This document shows, in pieces, positions 1-10,164 of a DNA stretch of 64,000 nt (position 1 is its first letter; each line of letters opens with the position of its first letter). The translations under genes and the position numbers were made by a program. Below the pieces are notes generated by a model. It saw only the letters and a list, made by a program, of their open reading frames with translations. It was not told the origin of the DNA and made no database searches. Location of the stretch: the NCBI RefSeq assembly GCF_003790525.1, contig NZ_CP033635.1, one strand, 5' to 3'. The DNA comes from Escherichia coli (GTDB lineage: Bacteria; Pseudomonadota; Gammaproteobacteria; Enterobacterales; Enterobacteriaceae).

Positions 1-1
1 C

Positions 2-235
2 ATTACAGCTAATTCCGATCGAACTGCAGAGATGGTAATGCATTCCTGCGGTATTGTGACTCTCCTGAAGCCACATCTGGGATATAAGGTGTGTTCTGAA
101 ATGGCGCACGAAGCATACCATACAGGCAAATCCCTCCATCAGATAGTGGTTGTCGAACGTAAGCTACTCACACAGGAAGAATGGGAGAAGACATTCAATC
201 TGGATAATCTGATTGCTCCGAAGTTCGAACAATAA
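2..235 (+). CDS. Aspartate ammonia-lyase/fumarase-family protein, C-terminal fragment (5' end outside window or truncated)
   Basis: Frame is open from window start; translation ...GIVTLLKPHLGYKVCSEMAHEAYHTGKSLHQIVVVERKLLTQEEW...NLIAPKFEQ matches the AspA/FumC C-terminal pattern as I recall it. Confidence 0.5.
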   Translation: MTANSDRTAEMVMHSCGIVTLLKPHLGYKVCSEMAHEAYHTGKSLHQIVVVERKLLTQEEWEKTFNLDNLIAPKFEQ

Positions 236-544
236 AATGTTTGGAAACTAAAAATGTAACCAATGTTCCTAGGCTGGCCCCCTGAATCTCCAGACTCCCT
301 ATATCACTTAAATTGATACAACTTTTTAGAGTAGTCATTAGTGAACAGATAATTGATAACTCAGAACCAGTAAAATGCAAAAGACGCACCACGCTGGGAA
401 AATCGCTGCTATTCAGCAGAGTTTTGTATCGAGAATGGTGGCCAGCCACTTATTGCTCTCGCGTAAGCGGGTATCCCCATCGTTTACCAGTCCAGATATA
501 GGTCACGTCACCATACTTGATTTAGCTGTGTCACAGCTAAGCGC

Positions 545-1034
<490 letters not shown>

Positions 1035-1199
1035 TTATCTTGTCATTGTGGAAAGACCGACATCCATAGCTTTGGATGGTACCTGCCACCGTAAAGTTCT
1101 GGTTAACAACTAGTTGAGTGGATTCGCGTTTAAACTCTGCGCTGAAATTTCCTTTTTTCATTGGAGCATCTGTGTTGTTCTAAGGTGAGCATATTACCT

Positions 1200-1650
1200 A
1201 TGCTCAGGTGGCCAAATTCAGTATGCCAGAACCAGAACATCTTGTGGTCAGGCAGAGGAAGAGCAAACTGTTACTGGACTCACTGCATGCGTGGATGGTG
1301 GAGAAAAATGCCACGCTGTCCAAAAATCCAGACTGGGAGAATGGTTCAGCTGTGTACTGAATCAGTGGGGCGCACTCTGTTATTACAGTGTTGACGGTCA
1401 GGCGGAGGCAGACATAATGCCGCGGAAAAAGCCCTTTGTGCCATCTGTCTCGGAAATAAAAACTTTATGTTCTTCGACGGCGAGCGCAGTGCACTGTTGT
1501 ATGGGCTTATCGGCACTTGCCTTCTGAACGACATTGATCCGGAAGAGTATCTGCGCCATATCCTGAGCGTACTGCCGGAATAACCTTCCAACCGTATTGA
1601 TGAACTCCTGCCATGGAACGTAGTTCTCACCAATAAATAAGCATCAATAT
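1200..1650 (+). mobile_element. IS66-family transposase (TnpC) 3' remnant, frameshifted
   Basis: Frames give LLLDSLHAWMVEKNATLSKNP, GNKNFMFFDGERSALLYGLIGTCLLNDIDPEEYLRHILSVLPE and NRIDELLPWNV, matching the C-terminal region of IS66-family TnpC across at least two frameshifts. Confidence 0.5.
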
Positions 1651-1778
1651 GATTCTCCATTAACGCTTACCTTTTCTCAGGCTATTTTTGATTTTTTTTG
1701 CTTTTCCCCGCCACTTTATGGTGATTATCACATCAATATACATCGACAGATATTAACGTAACTGAAGTGAGGTGAAGC

Positions 1779-2993
1779 ATGAAATTTGAACGCCATCATG
1801 AAATATTGAAACGACTCAGTAAATTCGGTTCTGTAAAAGTATCCGATCTGTCCAATAGCCTCAATGTAACGAAAGAAACTATTCGATCAGATCTTAATGA
1901 ACTTGCCAGACTTGGCTATCTGACTCGATGTCATGGCGGTGCTTTTATCGTCCTAGACTCGCTTGATACTATTGCGAAAAATGAAATCGCTTATGCGCTT
2001 GAAAATTATGATACAGCCCAGGGAATAAAAAAAGGCCACTCAACTATGAAAAGTCAAGTATGCGTTATTGGTTCGTTTAATGTTGATATCATCAGTTATT
2101 TGCCGAGGCTTCCCACTATCGGAGAATCGCTTCTGGCAAGTAATTTTATATTTTCACCGGGGGGAAAAGGTTGTAACCAAGCGCTGGCAGCAAGCTTTGC
2201 CGATACTGATGTTTATTTCATAACAAAAGTAGGTACAGATCACTTTAGTGATTATGCGATCAACTTTATGAATTCGTCTAAGATTTATAAAAGTATAATT
2301 TATCAAACGAAAGAAACGCAAACCGGAACTGCCACGATCCTTGTTAATGAAGGTACTGGCGATAATGTTATTGCGATCTATCCCGGTGCCAACATGACAA
2401 TGTCGTCCGATGAAATAACTATTCAGAAAGAAGCGATTATTAATTCTGATGTCATACTTCTGCAGCTCGAAACAAATTATACCGCTCTGCAACAAGCGAT
2501 CACATTGGCGCAAAAAAACAGTATCCCGGTCATTATTAACCCGGCACCCTATAATGATATCGTCAACGAACTTATTCAGGATGTTGATTATATCACCCCC
2601 AATGAAACAGAAGCTGGTTTACTGTCCGGCATAGACGTACACGATCTTGAATCAGCTAAACGAGCTGCAGAAGCTATCCACAATAAAGGGGTAAAAAACA
2701 CGGTTATCACGCTCGGTAGCAAGGGCTCACTCGCATTTGATGGCAAAAAATTCATTCATTCGCCAGCGTTTCCAGCGGTCGTTAAAAATACGGCAGGAGC
2801 CGGGGATGCTTTTAACGGCGCTCTGGCATCAGGACTTGCGAAAGGAAAATCACTGGAATCAGCACTGTGTTATGCCAGTGCCTTTGCATCCCTGGCGGTG
2901 GAGACAAGCAATGCTTCCGACATGCCTGAACATGAATCTGTGATACATCGAATTCAGAGTATACATTATCAGCAAACTATTTTTACGCATTAA
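1779..2993 (+). CDS. DeoR-type HTH domain fused to PfkB/ribokinase-family sugar kinase
   Basis: 404-aa ORF; N-terminus HEILKRLSKFGSVKVSDLSNSLNVTKETIRSDLNEL is DeoR-like; C-terminus has PfkB features (GGKGCNQA, NTAGAGDAFNGALA). Confidence 0.75.
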   Translation: MKFERHHEILKRLSKFGSVKVSDLSNSLNVTKETIRSDLNELARLGYLTRCHGGAFIVLDSLDTIAKNEIAYALENYDTAQGIKKGHSTMKSQVCVIGSFNVDIISYLPRLPTIGESLLASNFIFSPGGKGCNQALAASFADTDVYFITKVGTDHFSDYAINFMNSSKIYKSIIYQTKETQTGTATILVNEGTGDNVIAIYPGANMTMSSDEITIQKEAIINSDVILLQLETNYTALQQAITLAQKNSIPVIINPAPYNDIVNELIQDVDYITPNETEAGLLSGIDVHDLESAKRAAEAIHNKGVKNTVITLGSKGSLAFDGKKFIHSPAFPAVVKNTAGAGDAFNGALASGLAKGKSLESALCYASAFASLAVETSNASDMPEHESVIHRIQSIHYQQTIFTH

Positions 2994-3006
2994 GAAGGGA
3001 CAGAGA

Positions 3007-3765
3007 ATGAATAACACCAAAAAATCACTAAAGGTGCTCTTTATTGGAGAATCCTGGCATATTCATATGATTCATTCAAAAGGATATGACAGTTTTACCT
3101 CAAGTAAATATGAAGAAGGTGCGACCTGGTTACTCCAATGTCTGAAAAATAGTCAGGTAGATGTCACCTATATGCCGGCACATACGGTACAAATTGCCTT
3201 CCCTGAAGATGTGGCACAGTTAGAACAATATGATGCCATCGTTATTAGTGATATTGGTAGTAATACTTTCCTGCTACAAAATGATACTTTTTATCAGCTT
3301 CGCATAAAACCAAACGCTCTCGAACTGATTAAAGAATATGTGAATAACGGTGGTGGGTTATTGATGATTGGCGGCTATCTCTCATTCATGGGAATTGAAG
3401 CAAAAGCCAATTATAAAAATACAGTTCTGGCTGATGTGCTCCCGGTTACGATGTTAGATGGTGACGATCGTGTCGAAAAACCAGAGGGTGTTATTGCACA
3501 GCCATCACAACCTGACCATCCGGTTATTAAAGGGTTCTCTGAATATCCTTTTTTCCTAGGTTATAACCGGGCGATCGCTAAAGAAAATGCTGAGGTGGTA
3601 TTAACAATAAACAACGATCCATTACTGGTCTTTGGTAACTATCACAACGGGAAAATAGCCTGCTTTATGAGTGACTGTTCACCGCACTGGGGTACACAGC
3701 AGTTTATGTCCTGGCCGTTCTATACCGCGTTGTGGGTAAATATACTGACTCATATTGCAAGATAA
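3007..3765 (+). CDS. Class I glutamine amidotransferase-like (ThuA/DUF1355-type) protein
   Basis: 252-aa ORF 14 bp after the upstream gene; motif NNGGGLLMIGGYLSF suggests a GATase1-like fold; family assignment tentative. Confidence 0.55.
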   Translation: MNNTKKSLKVLFIGESWHIHMIHSKGYDSFTSSKYEEGATWLLQCLKNSQVDVTYMPAHTVQIAFPEDVAQLEQYDAIVISDIGSNTFLLQNDTFYQLRIKPNALELIKEYVNNGGGLLMIGGYLSFMGIEAKANYKNTVLADVLPVTMLDGDDRVEKPEGVIAQPSQPDHPVIKGFSEYPFFLGYNRAIAKENAEVVLTINNDPLLVFGNYHNGKIACFMSDCSPHWGTQQFMSWPFYTALWVNILTHIAR

Positions 3766-3821
3766 TAATAATAATGGGGTAACACCAGTTACTCCATTTA
3801 CTATAATAGAAGGATTGATGT

Positions 3822-4787
3822 ATGAAAAAGAATAAGTACTCAACTCCCTTATGGATGCTTGCCACGATTCTTGCGGGTATGCTCTCCCCTATGCAATCAG
3901 CGGTGAATGGTCAATTAGGTCACTGGTTACAGGACGGTAATGCATGCGCAGTTATCTCCTTTGCCAGTGGTTTAGTCGTGATGTTTTTTATTATTATGGC
4001 GCGAAAAGAAACCCGGCAACAATTTGCGGCAATTCCTTCTCTGATTAAAAACCGAAAAGTTCCTCTCTGGAACTGGTTTGCCGGTCTCTGTGGAGCGATG
4101 GTGGTATTTTCTGAAGGCGCATCAGCCAGCGCACTCGGGGTCGCAACGTTTCAGACCGCACTGATCTCCGCGCTATTGCTGTCTGGTTTACTTTGCGATC
4201 GCTTTGGTATCGGTGTCGACGAGAAAAAATACTTTACCCCTTATCGCATCATCGGTGCATTATTTGCGGTTATTGCTACGATTTTTGTTGTGTCACCGCA
4301 GTGGCATTCTACCTCTTTCATTTTACTTGCCATTCTTCCGTTCTTAGCTGGTTTGCTTGCAGGATGGCAGCCCGCTGGAAATGCAAAAGTAGCTGAAGCT
4401 ACGGGATCCATGCTGGTTTCAATCACCTGGAATTTCATCGTTGGATTTTGTGTTTTAGGCACAGCGCTAGCTATTCGTGTCGCATTAGGGCACGTCACTG
4501 TTCAATTACCAGATGTCTGGTGGATGTATCTTGGCGGCCCGCTTGGACTAATGTCTATCGGTTTAATGGCCATTTTGGTCAGAGGTCTTGGGTTACTGAT
4601 GCTGGGGGTTGCTTCAACGGCGGGCCAGTTACTGGGATCAGTATTGATTGACGTATTAATTCCATCGCTGGGCAATACCGTTTATCTGGTCACGATCATC
4701 GGAACACTGTTTGCACTGGTCGGTGCAATTGTTACCACTATTCCGGAATACAGAGCCTCGAAAACAATGAAGAAAATGGAGGTATAA
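3822..4787 (+). CDS. Polytopic inner-membrane protein (tandem DUF606/YdcZ-like, DMT-superfamily-like)
   Basis: 321-aa ORF with about 10 hydrophobic segments and an internal two-fold repeat; RBS-like aggattg upstream. Confidence 0.6.
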   Translation: MKKNKYSTPLWMLATILAGMLSPMQSAVNGQLGHWLQDGNACAVISFASGLVVMFFIIMARKETRQQFAAIPSLIKNRKVPLWNWFAGLCGAMVVFSEGASASALGVATFQTALISALLLSGLLCDRFGIGVDEKKYFTPYRIIGALFAVIATIFVVSPQWHSTSFILLAILPFLAGLLAGWQPAGNAKVAEATGSMLVSITWNFIVGFCVLGTALAIRVALGHVTVQLPDVWWMYLGGPLGLMSIGLMAILVRGLGLLMLGVASTAGQLLGSVLIDVLIPSLGNTVYLVTIIGTLFALVGAIVTTIPEYRASKTMKKMEV

Positions 4788-4789
4788 TC

Positions 4790-5824
4790 ATGAAAGATTA
4801 TCTACAAACTGTGACGGGCCCCGTCGCCCGTGAAGATATGGGGCTAACACTTCCTCATGAACATCTGTTCAACGATCTTTCCTCTGTTGTGGATGCTCCT
4901 TGCTATCCTTTTTCACAACGGCTTGTTGATAAAAAAGTCACGGCAGAAATCCAGTGGGCATTAAAACACGATCCTTATTGCTGCGCTGATAATATGGACC
5001 GCAAACCTATTGAAGATGTGATCTTCGAAATTAATAACTTTATCTCGCTCGGTGGTCGCACCATTGTTGATGCCACAGGGTCTGAGTCTATCGGACGAGA
5101 TGCGCAGGCATTACGAGAAGTCGCATTAAAAACAGGTCTGAATATTGTTGCTTCCTCCGGTCCCTACCTGGAAAAATTTGAAAGCCAGAGAATTCATAAA
5201 ACGGTTGATGAACTAGCGACAACGATCGATAAAGAATTGAATCAAGGGATTGGCGATACGGATATTCGTGCCGGAATGATCGGTGAAATAGGTGTCTCAC
5301 CGACATTTACCGAAGCCGAGCATAACAGCTTGCGGGCTGCCTCGCTGGCACAGATTAACAATCCTCATGTGGCGATGAATATTCACATGCCGGGCTGGCT
5401 TCGTCGCGGTGATGAAGTACTCGACATTGTGTTAGGTGAAATGGGCGTCTCGCCAAATAAAGTCTCTCTCGCACACTCGGATCCGTCAGGAAAAGACGTG
5501 GCGTATCAGCGGAAAATGCTTGATAAAGGTGTCTGGCTGGAATTCGACATGATTGGCCTAGACATTACCTTCCCGAAAGAGGGAATAGCGCCAGGGGTGC
5601 AGGAGACTGCCGATGCCGTCGCTCATCTCATTGAGTTGGGATACGCCGATCAGCTTGTTCTCAGCCACGATGTCTTCCTTAAACAAATGTGGGCTAAAAA
5701 TGGCGGTAATGGCTGGGGATTTGTTCCAGATGTTTTTCTGGCCTATCTGGCGGAGCGCGGCGTCGATAAAACGATCCTCAAAAAACTCTGTATCGATAAT
5801 CCCGGACGATTATTGACCGCATAA
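4790..5824 (+). CDS. Phosphotriesterase-family (PTE/Php-like) metal-dependent hydrolase
   Basis: 344-aa ORF; N-terminal metal-binding motif TLPHEHL typical of the PTE family; starts 3 bp after the upstream gene. Confidence 0.8.
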   Translation: MKDYLQTVTGPVAREDMGLTLPHEHLFNDLSSVVDAPCYPFSQRLVDKKVTAEIQWALKHDPYCCADNMDRKPIEDVIFEINNFISLGGRTIVDATGSESIGRDAQALREVALKTGLNIVASSGPYLEKFESQRIHKTVDELATTIDKELNQGIGDTDIRAGMIGEIGVSPTFTEAEHNSLRAASLAQINNPHVAMNIHMPGWLRRGDEVLDIVLGEMGVSPNKVSLAHSDPSGKDVAYQRKMLDKGVWLEFDMIGLDITFPKEGIAPGVQETADAVAHLIELGYADQLVLSHDVFLKQMWAKNGGNGWGFVPDVFLAYLAERGVDKTILKKLCIDNPGRLLTA

Positions 5825-5833
5825 AACCATTAT

Positions 5834-5856
5834 CCCCCGGCACATTGCGCCGGGGG
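5834..5856. terminator. Hairpin between convergent PTE gene and ggt fragment
   Basis: cccccggc-acattgc-gccggggg perfect inverted repeat directly after the PTE stop. Confidence 0.4.
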
Positions 5857-5863
5857 ATGTCAA

Positions 5864-6202
5864 TTAATACCCCGCCGTTAAATCATCCACCAAGCGCGAG
5901 TCGGATGCGCCGTACAACTCACCATCCGACCCAACCATAATGCTTTGCGTGCTGCCCATCGCCTCATTCAGCGCCACTTTCTGACCTTTTGCTTCCAGCA
6001 GCTTGAGCGTATCCGGACTAAACCCTTTTCAACACGCAGCTCGTCCGGCAACCACTGATGGTGGAAACGAGGCGCATTGGTCGCTTCGGCAACATTCATT
6101 CCACAATTGATGCTGTTCACCACCATTTGCGGCACGGTAGTGATGATCCAGCTACCGGTAACAAAGTGAGTACATAAAGGCCATACTGTCACGAACAGTG
6201 CA
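5864..6202 (-). pseudogene. gamma-glutamyltranspeptidase (ggt-like) C-terminal fragment, truncated by ISL3-family insertion and frameshifted
   Basis: Minus-strand translation ...NAPRFHHQWLPDELRVEKG... and ...GSTQSIMVGSDGELYGASD...DDLTAGY-stop matches the GGT C-terminus; N-terminal ~80% is absent. Confidence 0.6.
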
Positions 6203-7936
6203 AAAGTGGCTCTTCCTCAACCTAGGTGAAGATTTTCATGCCAGTGGACTCATTACCCTCCGCCTAAGTAGTTCAAGTCCGGCTCGACCATACATCTGGC
6301 GTATCAGCACCTTCAGGCGATTTACATGACCTTCGACAACACCAGTACTCCAGCGACTGCTGATTGCCTCACATATAGCCGCAGCATCAGCTTCCATCCC
6401 CGCAGCTACGCACCGAAGTTCTGCTGAGCCGCTTTCGTGGACCCGAGTGAACCAGCTGCTTAGCTGTGATTTATTTTAGGTTTTCAGAATACGGTAGAAC
6501 TCGAGTACCAGTTGCTGCGCTATTTTCAACTCCGGTTCTTTTTCACACATCAGACTAATAAATCGGAAAGCATAATTTTCTCCACCCCTGATTATTCTCC
6601 AGGGCATCAACCAGCGGCTTACCCGGGACACTGAAGGAAGTCTTGCGGCAGTAGTAACCGGTGGGATCCAGCCTTTATGCCATTTGGCAACAGCATCCCT
6701 GACGATGGTTTCACTGCCTGTAACCCCCCTGGCCACCATTTCCCGCCATATCCGGCCGGAGTTATAATTACCACATTCTCGTTGCTCTTTTAACCACTCC
6801 CTCCATGGGTCCAGAAGCCCTCGCTTTGGAGGCCTGGTTGACATTTCAGGGAATGTTCCTGAACCCACCCAGCGACTGACTGTCACTCGCGACAGGCCTG
6901 TAATACGGGATATTTCCCTGAAACTACATCCCTTGTTATGCAGGGCCATAACCTCTGTCCAACGCTGATGCCGTTTTTTGCGGATGTGCTGTTTAAGGCG
7001 TTCCAGACGACGGAGCGATGCTACAGGCACAGATATTTCTGGCTCAGGTGATTTCTTCAGTGATAACTCTCTGACAACAAGACGTATCAGAGGCATATGT
7101 CTGTACATCATTCGTTCAGGCTCATCACCAATATTTTTTAGCAGGTGCCATCGATCGGCCACCTGTCTGGCCTGAGGTGCACCTTCACGTGCTGCTGTCG
7201 CATAGACTCCACTGCGATCACGCGAGACAACCTGTATTTCCGGATATTTTCTGAACCAGGTCGCCAGCGTACGCTGATCACGGCCGGGAAGCAGGACGAG
7301 GGGACGGTGAGTATCAGGATTGACTATTAACATACCGCAGCAGTGGCCCCGATGCCACGCCCACTCATCAATACCGACATGAGGCGCGCCTGACTGTTTC
7401 GTCTCCGGGGTATTGATAAGCCTGCGAAGAAGAGTATCAGCACTGCAACGGAGACCCACTGCCGTTGCAGCCCGTTTTCCAGCCTCACCTCCAGCTATTA
7501 ATCCCAGTTGACATTGTTAATTTTGTAACGCCTGTGAAGACTGCTGGTGTGAACTGGCGAAGGGAGCAAGCGACTCGGCAAAAATTTTACGTGAACAAGC
7601 CGGGTTACGGCAGTACCAGTGGCGGACGGAAAATACAAGCCATAGCGTCTGCCCTGAGCAGGGTAGATGCTGTATCCGGCGCCGACGACAACTATGAACA
7701 GAGTCGCTACGCTTAAAGCATTCAGGACATTGTGCTGTTTTGCGTTTTCCGTGGAGATGGAGGGTTATACCGTCAGAGCTAATAATTTGTCGACTGCATC
7801 GCCATCCGCAAGGTAACTGTAGAAGTGTCTTAAGAGAGTGCATTGCGTTGCCCATAACTTAAAACAGCTTAGATCCTTGTTCGCCAGAAAGTTTCATCCA
7901 TTTTCTTCCACCCAGGTTGCGGAAGAACCACTTTTC
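6203..7936 (-). mobile_element. ISL3-family insertion sequence (~1.73 kb) with ~30-bp imperfect terminal inverted repeats
   Basis: Left end aaaagtggctcttcctcaacctaggtg versus reverse complement of right end aaaagtggttcttccgcaacctgggtg (3 mismatches); internal ISL3-type transposase. Confidence 0.6.
6215..7855 (-). pseudogene. ISL3-family transposase, disrupted by at least two frameshifts
   Basis: Zn-finger N-terminus (7855-7517), DDE core GIDEWAWHRGH...SRDRSGVYATAAREGAPQARQVADRWHLLKN (7459-6476), and C-terminal STGVVEGHVNRLKVLIRQMYGRAGLELL in a third frame (about 6300-6215). Confidence 0.6.
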
Positions 7937-8138
7937 ATCCGTCGTTGACAGATGTGAAGTATGCGGGAGAAAAAGTGAATATCTAACTGTAATAACTCAG
8001 ACCGGTACGAGTACTCGGGACGTCTACAATCATTCAGGGCAAAGTGCTAAAATTTCTCTATCCCGGGATGCCCCTACCAACGCAGCACTCCCGGAGATAT
8101 CATTACAGCTCTGCAACTGATTTCCGCGACTGAACCGC

Positions 8139-8546
8139 TCAGTTCCTATCCTTCCAGTTGCCCTCCTGCCCCCCCTCCCTGCTGTATACCCCGGTACCAC
8201 AACTCGGGCAGCACTTTTCCCCCTCATAATTTTCGTCACACATCACACAAAACCACTTTCTCACCTTCACCGTATAATCCGGAACCGTCATACCCTGCAG
8301 ATGCAAACGACGGGCCTCTTTCTCTGCCGGGTCAAGCCAGGTGCATCGCAGCAGGATTTTCTCAGCGACAGTCATCTGGTCATGTTCAAACCACGGTGGT
8401 TGTCCGTCATTGCCCCGCTGAAGTGTTAACGGGCATCCACAGGACACACAGCACAAAACGTCCTGGCGGTTGTGCTTCGCTGCTTCTTTCGCCGTAACAA
8501 AATGGCCTTTGCTGTCATTCGCCATATAACAGTTCAGAATTCGCAT
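8139..8546 (-). CDS. Cys-rich zinc-ribbon protein, hypothetical (paralog of upstream gene)
   Basis: CxxC pairs and a PWFEH motif shared with the adjacent gene; aggagg RBS just upstream of the ATG at 8546; start uncertain. Confidence 0.45.
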   Translation of the reverse strand: MRILNCYMANDSKGHFVTAKEAAKHNRQDVLCCVSCGCPLTLQRGNDGQPPWFEHDQMTVAEKILLRCTWLDPAEKEARRLHLQGMTVPDYTVKVRKWFCVMCDENYEGEKCCPSCGTGVYSREGGQEGNWKDRN

Positions 8547-8941
8547 ATTTCCTCCTGAGTTGTCCGGGGAATACTGAATCCTCCGGTCTGGCAGTGTGTG
8601 CAGTACCGCTCCCCATAATAATCGTGGTGACATTGTCTGCAGTGCCAGCTGGCTTTACGCACCACGGGTAAGGCATCCGGTACGAATTGCTGCAGACGTT
8701 TAATCAACTGTATTTCTCTGCGCTCCGGCCTGACATAAGGGCACTGTTGACCGTGCTCTGTCAGCCTGTCGTCAGTGTGTTCAAACCAGGGAAGTTCAGT
8801 GTCGTATTGCGGATGGTATCTGAGTGCACTGCCACACAAGTGGCAGGTGTAGTTAGCATAAGGTGCGGCCTGTGCAGTACGGGCGCCCGTCAGACGTCCG
8901 TTGCCATCAAGAGCGATAAAGGATTTTGCGTACATAGTCAT
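8534..8941 (-). CDS. Cys-rich zinc-ribbon protein, hypothetical
   Basis: 135-aa ORF with CHLCG, CRQCH, CTHCQ pairs and a PWFEH motif. Confidence 0.5.
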   Translation of the reverse strand: MTMYAKSFIALDGNGRLTGARTAQAAPYANYTCHLCGSALRYHPQYDTELPWFEHTDDRLTEHGQQCPYVRPERREIQLIKRLQQFVPDALPVVRKASWHCRQCHHDYYGERYCTHCQTGGFSIPRTTQEEICEF

Positions 8942-9194
8942 ATTCCTCAGCCGCCAGACGACACGCAGGCAACAGCCGTCCCGGTACGGGCAGCGTGGTC
9001 AGGGTGTGAATGGCGGTTCAGTTAAAATCTGGACTGGAGTTTGGGTAAAGCAGGCTGGTTGCTGTTACAGCACTGTGGTTGTCACACAATGGAACACTGA
9101 CGTAAAAAACAGTCAGTGGGCGAGTGGATACATCGTTGCCGCCAGACAACAACCCATACTTTTGGTTTGCCGGGTATTGGCGCGCCAGTCGTGC

Positions 9195-9764
9195 TCAACT
9201 CCGGCTACAGCCAAAATTGCGCTCACCGGTGCAGTGAGCTTTGGTATGTTCCTTCGCCAGATAGTCAGCACGTTCCAGCACCTGCTGAAAGCCAGTGTCA
9301 TCATCGCGTTCCAGCCACACCGCCGGCCAGGCCGGAAAATGCACCAGCGTGGCATGGCACCCGACATCCACTCCCAGGGCACTGCACCACGCCTGTTTAA
9401 TCATCCCGGCCAGTGATCCCGGAGCACGGTAATCACCGGCACGACACCAGGTATCCCGGTTAACCAGCAGCATCAGGTGATAGTGTTTTTTACCTTTGCA
9501 CTCCCCAAACTCCCGGGCCCAGACGTAATGCAGGGTTGTGGGATGCACGCGTTTACCTTCCCGATGCTTACGTTTCTGGTAAGCGTCGATTCGGGCTTTC
9601 AGGGCATTGATGAAGCGGGATATCACAGCTGCGTCCGTTGCTGCCGGTACATCCGGGAAACGCAGGTCAACCCGCAATGCCGTCAGGCGGGGATGAACAT
9701 TCAGTGCGTGCCGCACCGTCTCACGAATACGTTGCTGCCAGAAGGGGTTGTATTTGTAGGTCAT
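9195..9764 (-). CDS. YfjJ/YagK-family (inovirus Gp2-like) prophage protein
   Basis: N-terminus MTYKYNPFWQQRIRETV... recalled as the YfjJ/YagK family of CP4-type prophages; ATG at 9764 preceded by ggag; an upstream GTG at 9800 is an alternative start. Confidence 0.6.
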   Translation of the reverse strand: MTYKYNPFWQQRIRETVRHALNVHPRLTALRVDLRFPDVPAATDAAVISRFINALKARIDAYQKRKHREGKRVHPTTLHYVWAREFGECKGKKHYHLMLLVNRDTWCRAGDYRAPGSLAGMIKQAWCSALGVDVGCHATLVHFPAWPAVWLERDDDTGFQQVLERADYLAKEHTKAHCTGERNFGCSRS

Positions 9765-9963
9765 GGTTAAATCTCCGTATGGTTCATACGGAATAGCCAC
9801 GTCGTAAAAAATGCGCAGAGTCCCTGAAGTGACCTCCGGCAGGACACTGTCTCAGGCACTCTGTGATAACCCGAACGGTCGTCTCCGGACTGACGGTTGA
9901 ATTTTCAGCGTTGTTTTTTTAATGTAAAAAACCGGTTACGGGTAAGGCTGTGAGGAGGGAGTG

Positions 9964-10164
9964 ATGGTGATACGCAAAAAGAAGTGCAGGGACTGTGGAA
10001 ACGCGATTACTCATAATACAGTGTGTTGCCCGTATTGTGGTTCTGTCGACCCCTTCGGCTATTACCGGAATACAGACCGTATCGTTACCATACTGCTGGC
10101 ACTGATTATTGTGGTCCTGCTGACTACTGTCAGCGTCAGTGTGTATATACTGTGTAGCTGGTGA
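9964..10164 (+). CDS. Small zinc-ribbon protein with C-terminal transmembrane helix
   Basis: CRDCG...CPYCG zinc ribbon followed by hydrophobic IVTILLALIIVVLLTTVSVSVYIL; strong SD gaggaggga immediately upstream. Confidence 0.4.
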   Translation: MVIRKKKCRDCGNAITHNTVCCPYCGSVDPFGYYRNTDRIVTILLALIIVVLLTTVSVSVYILCSW

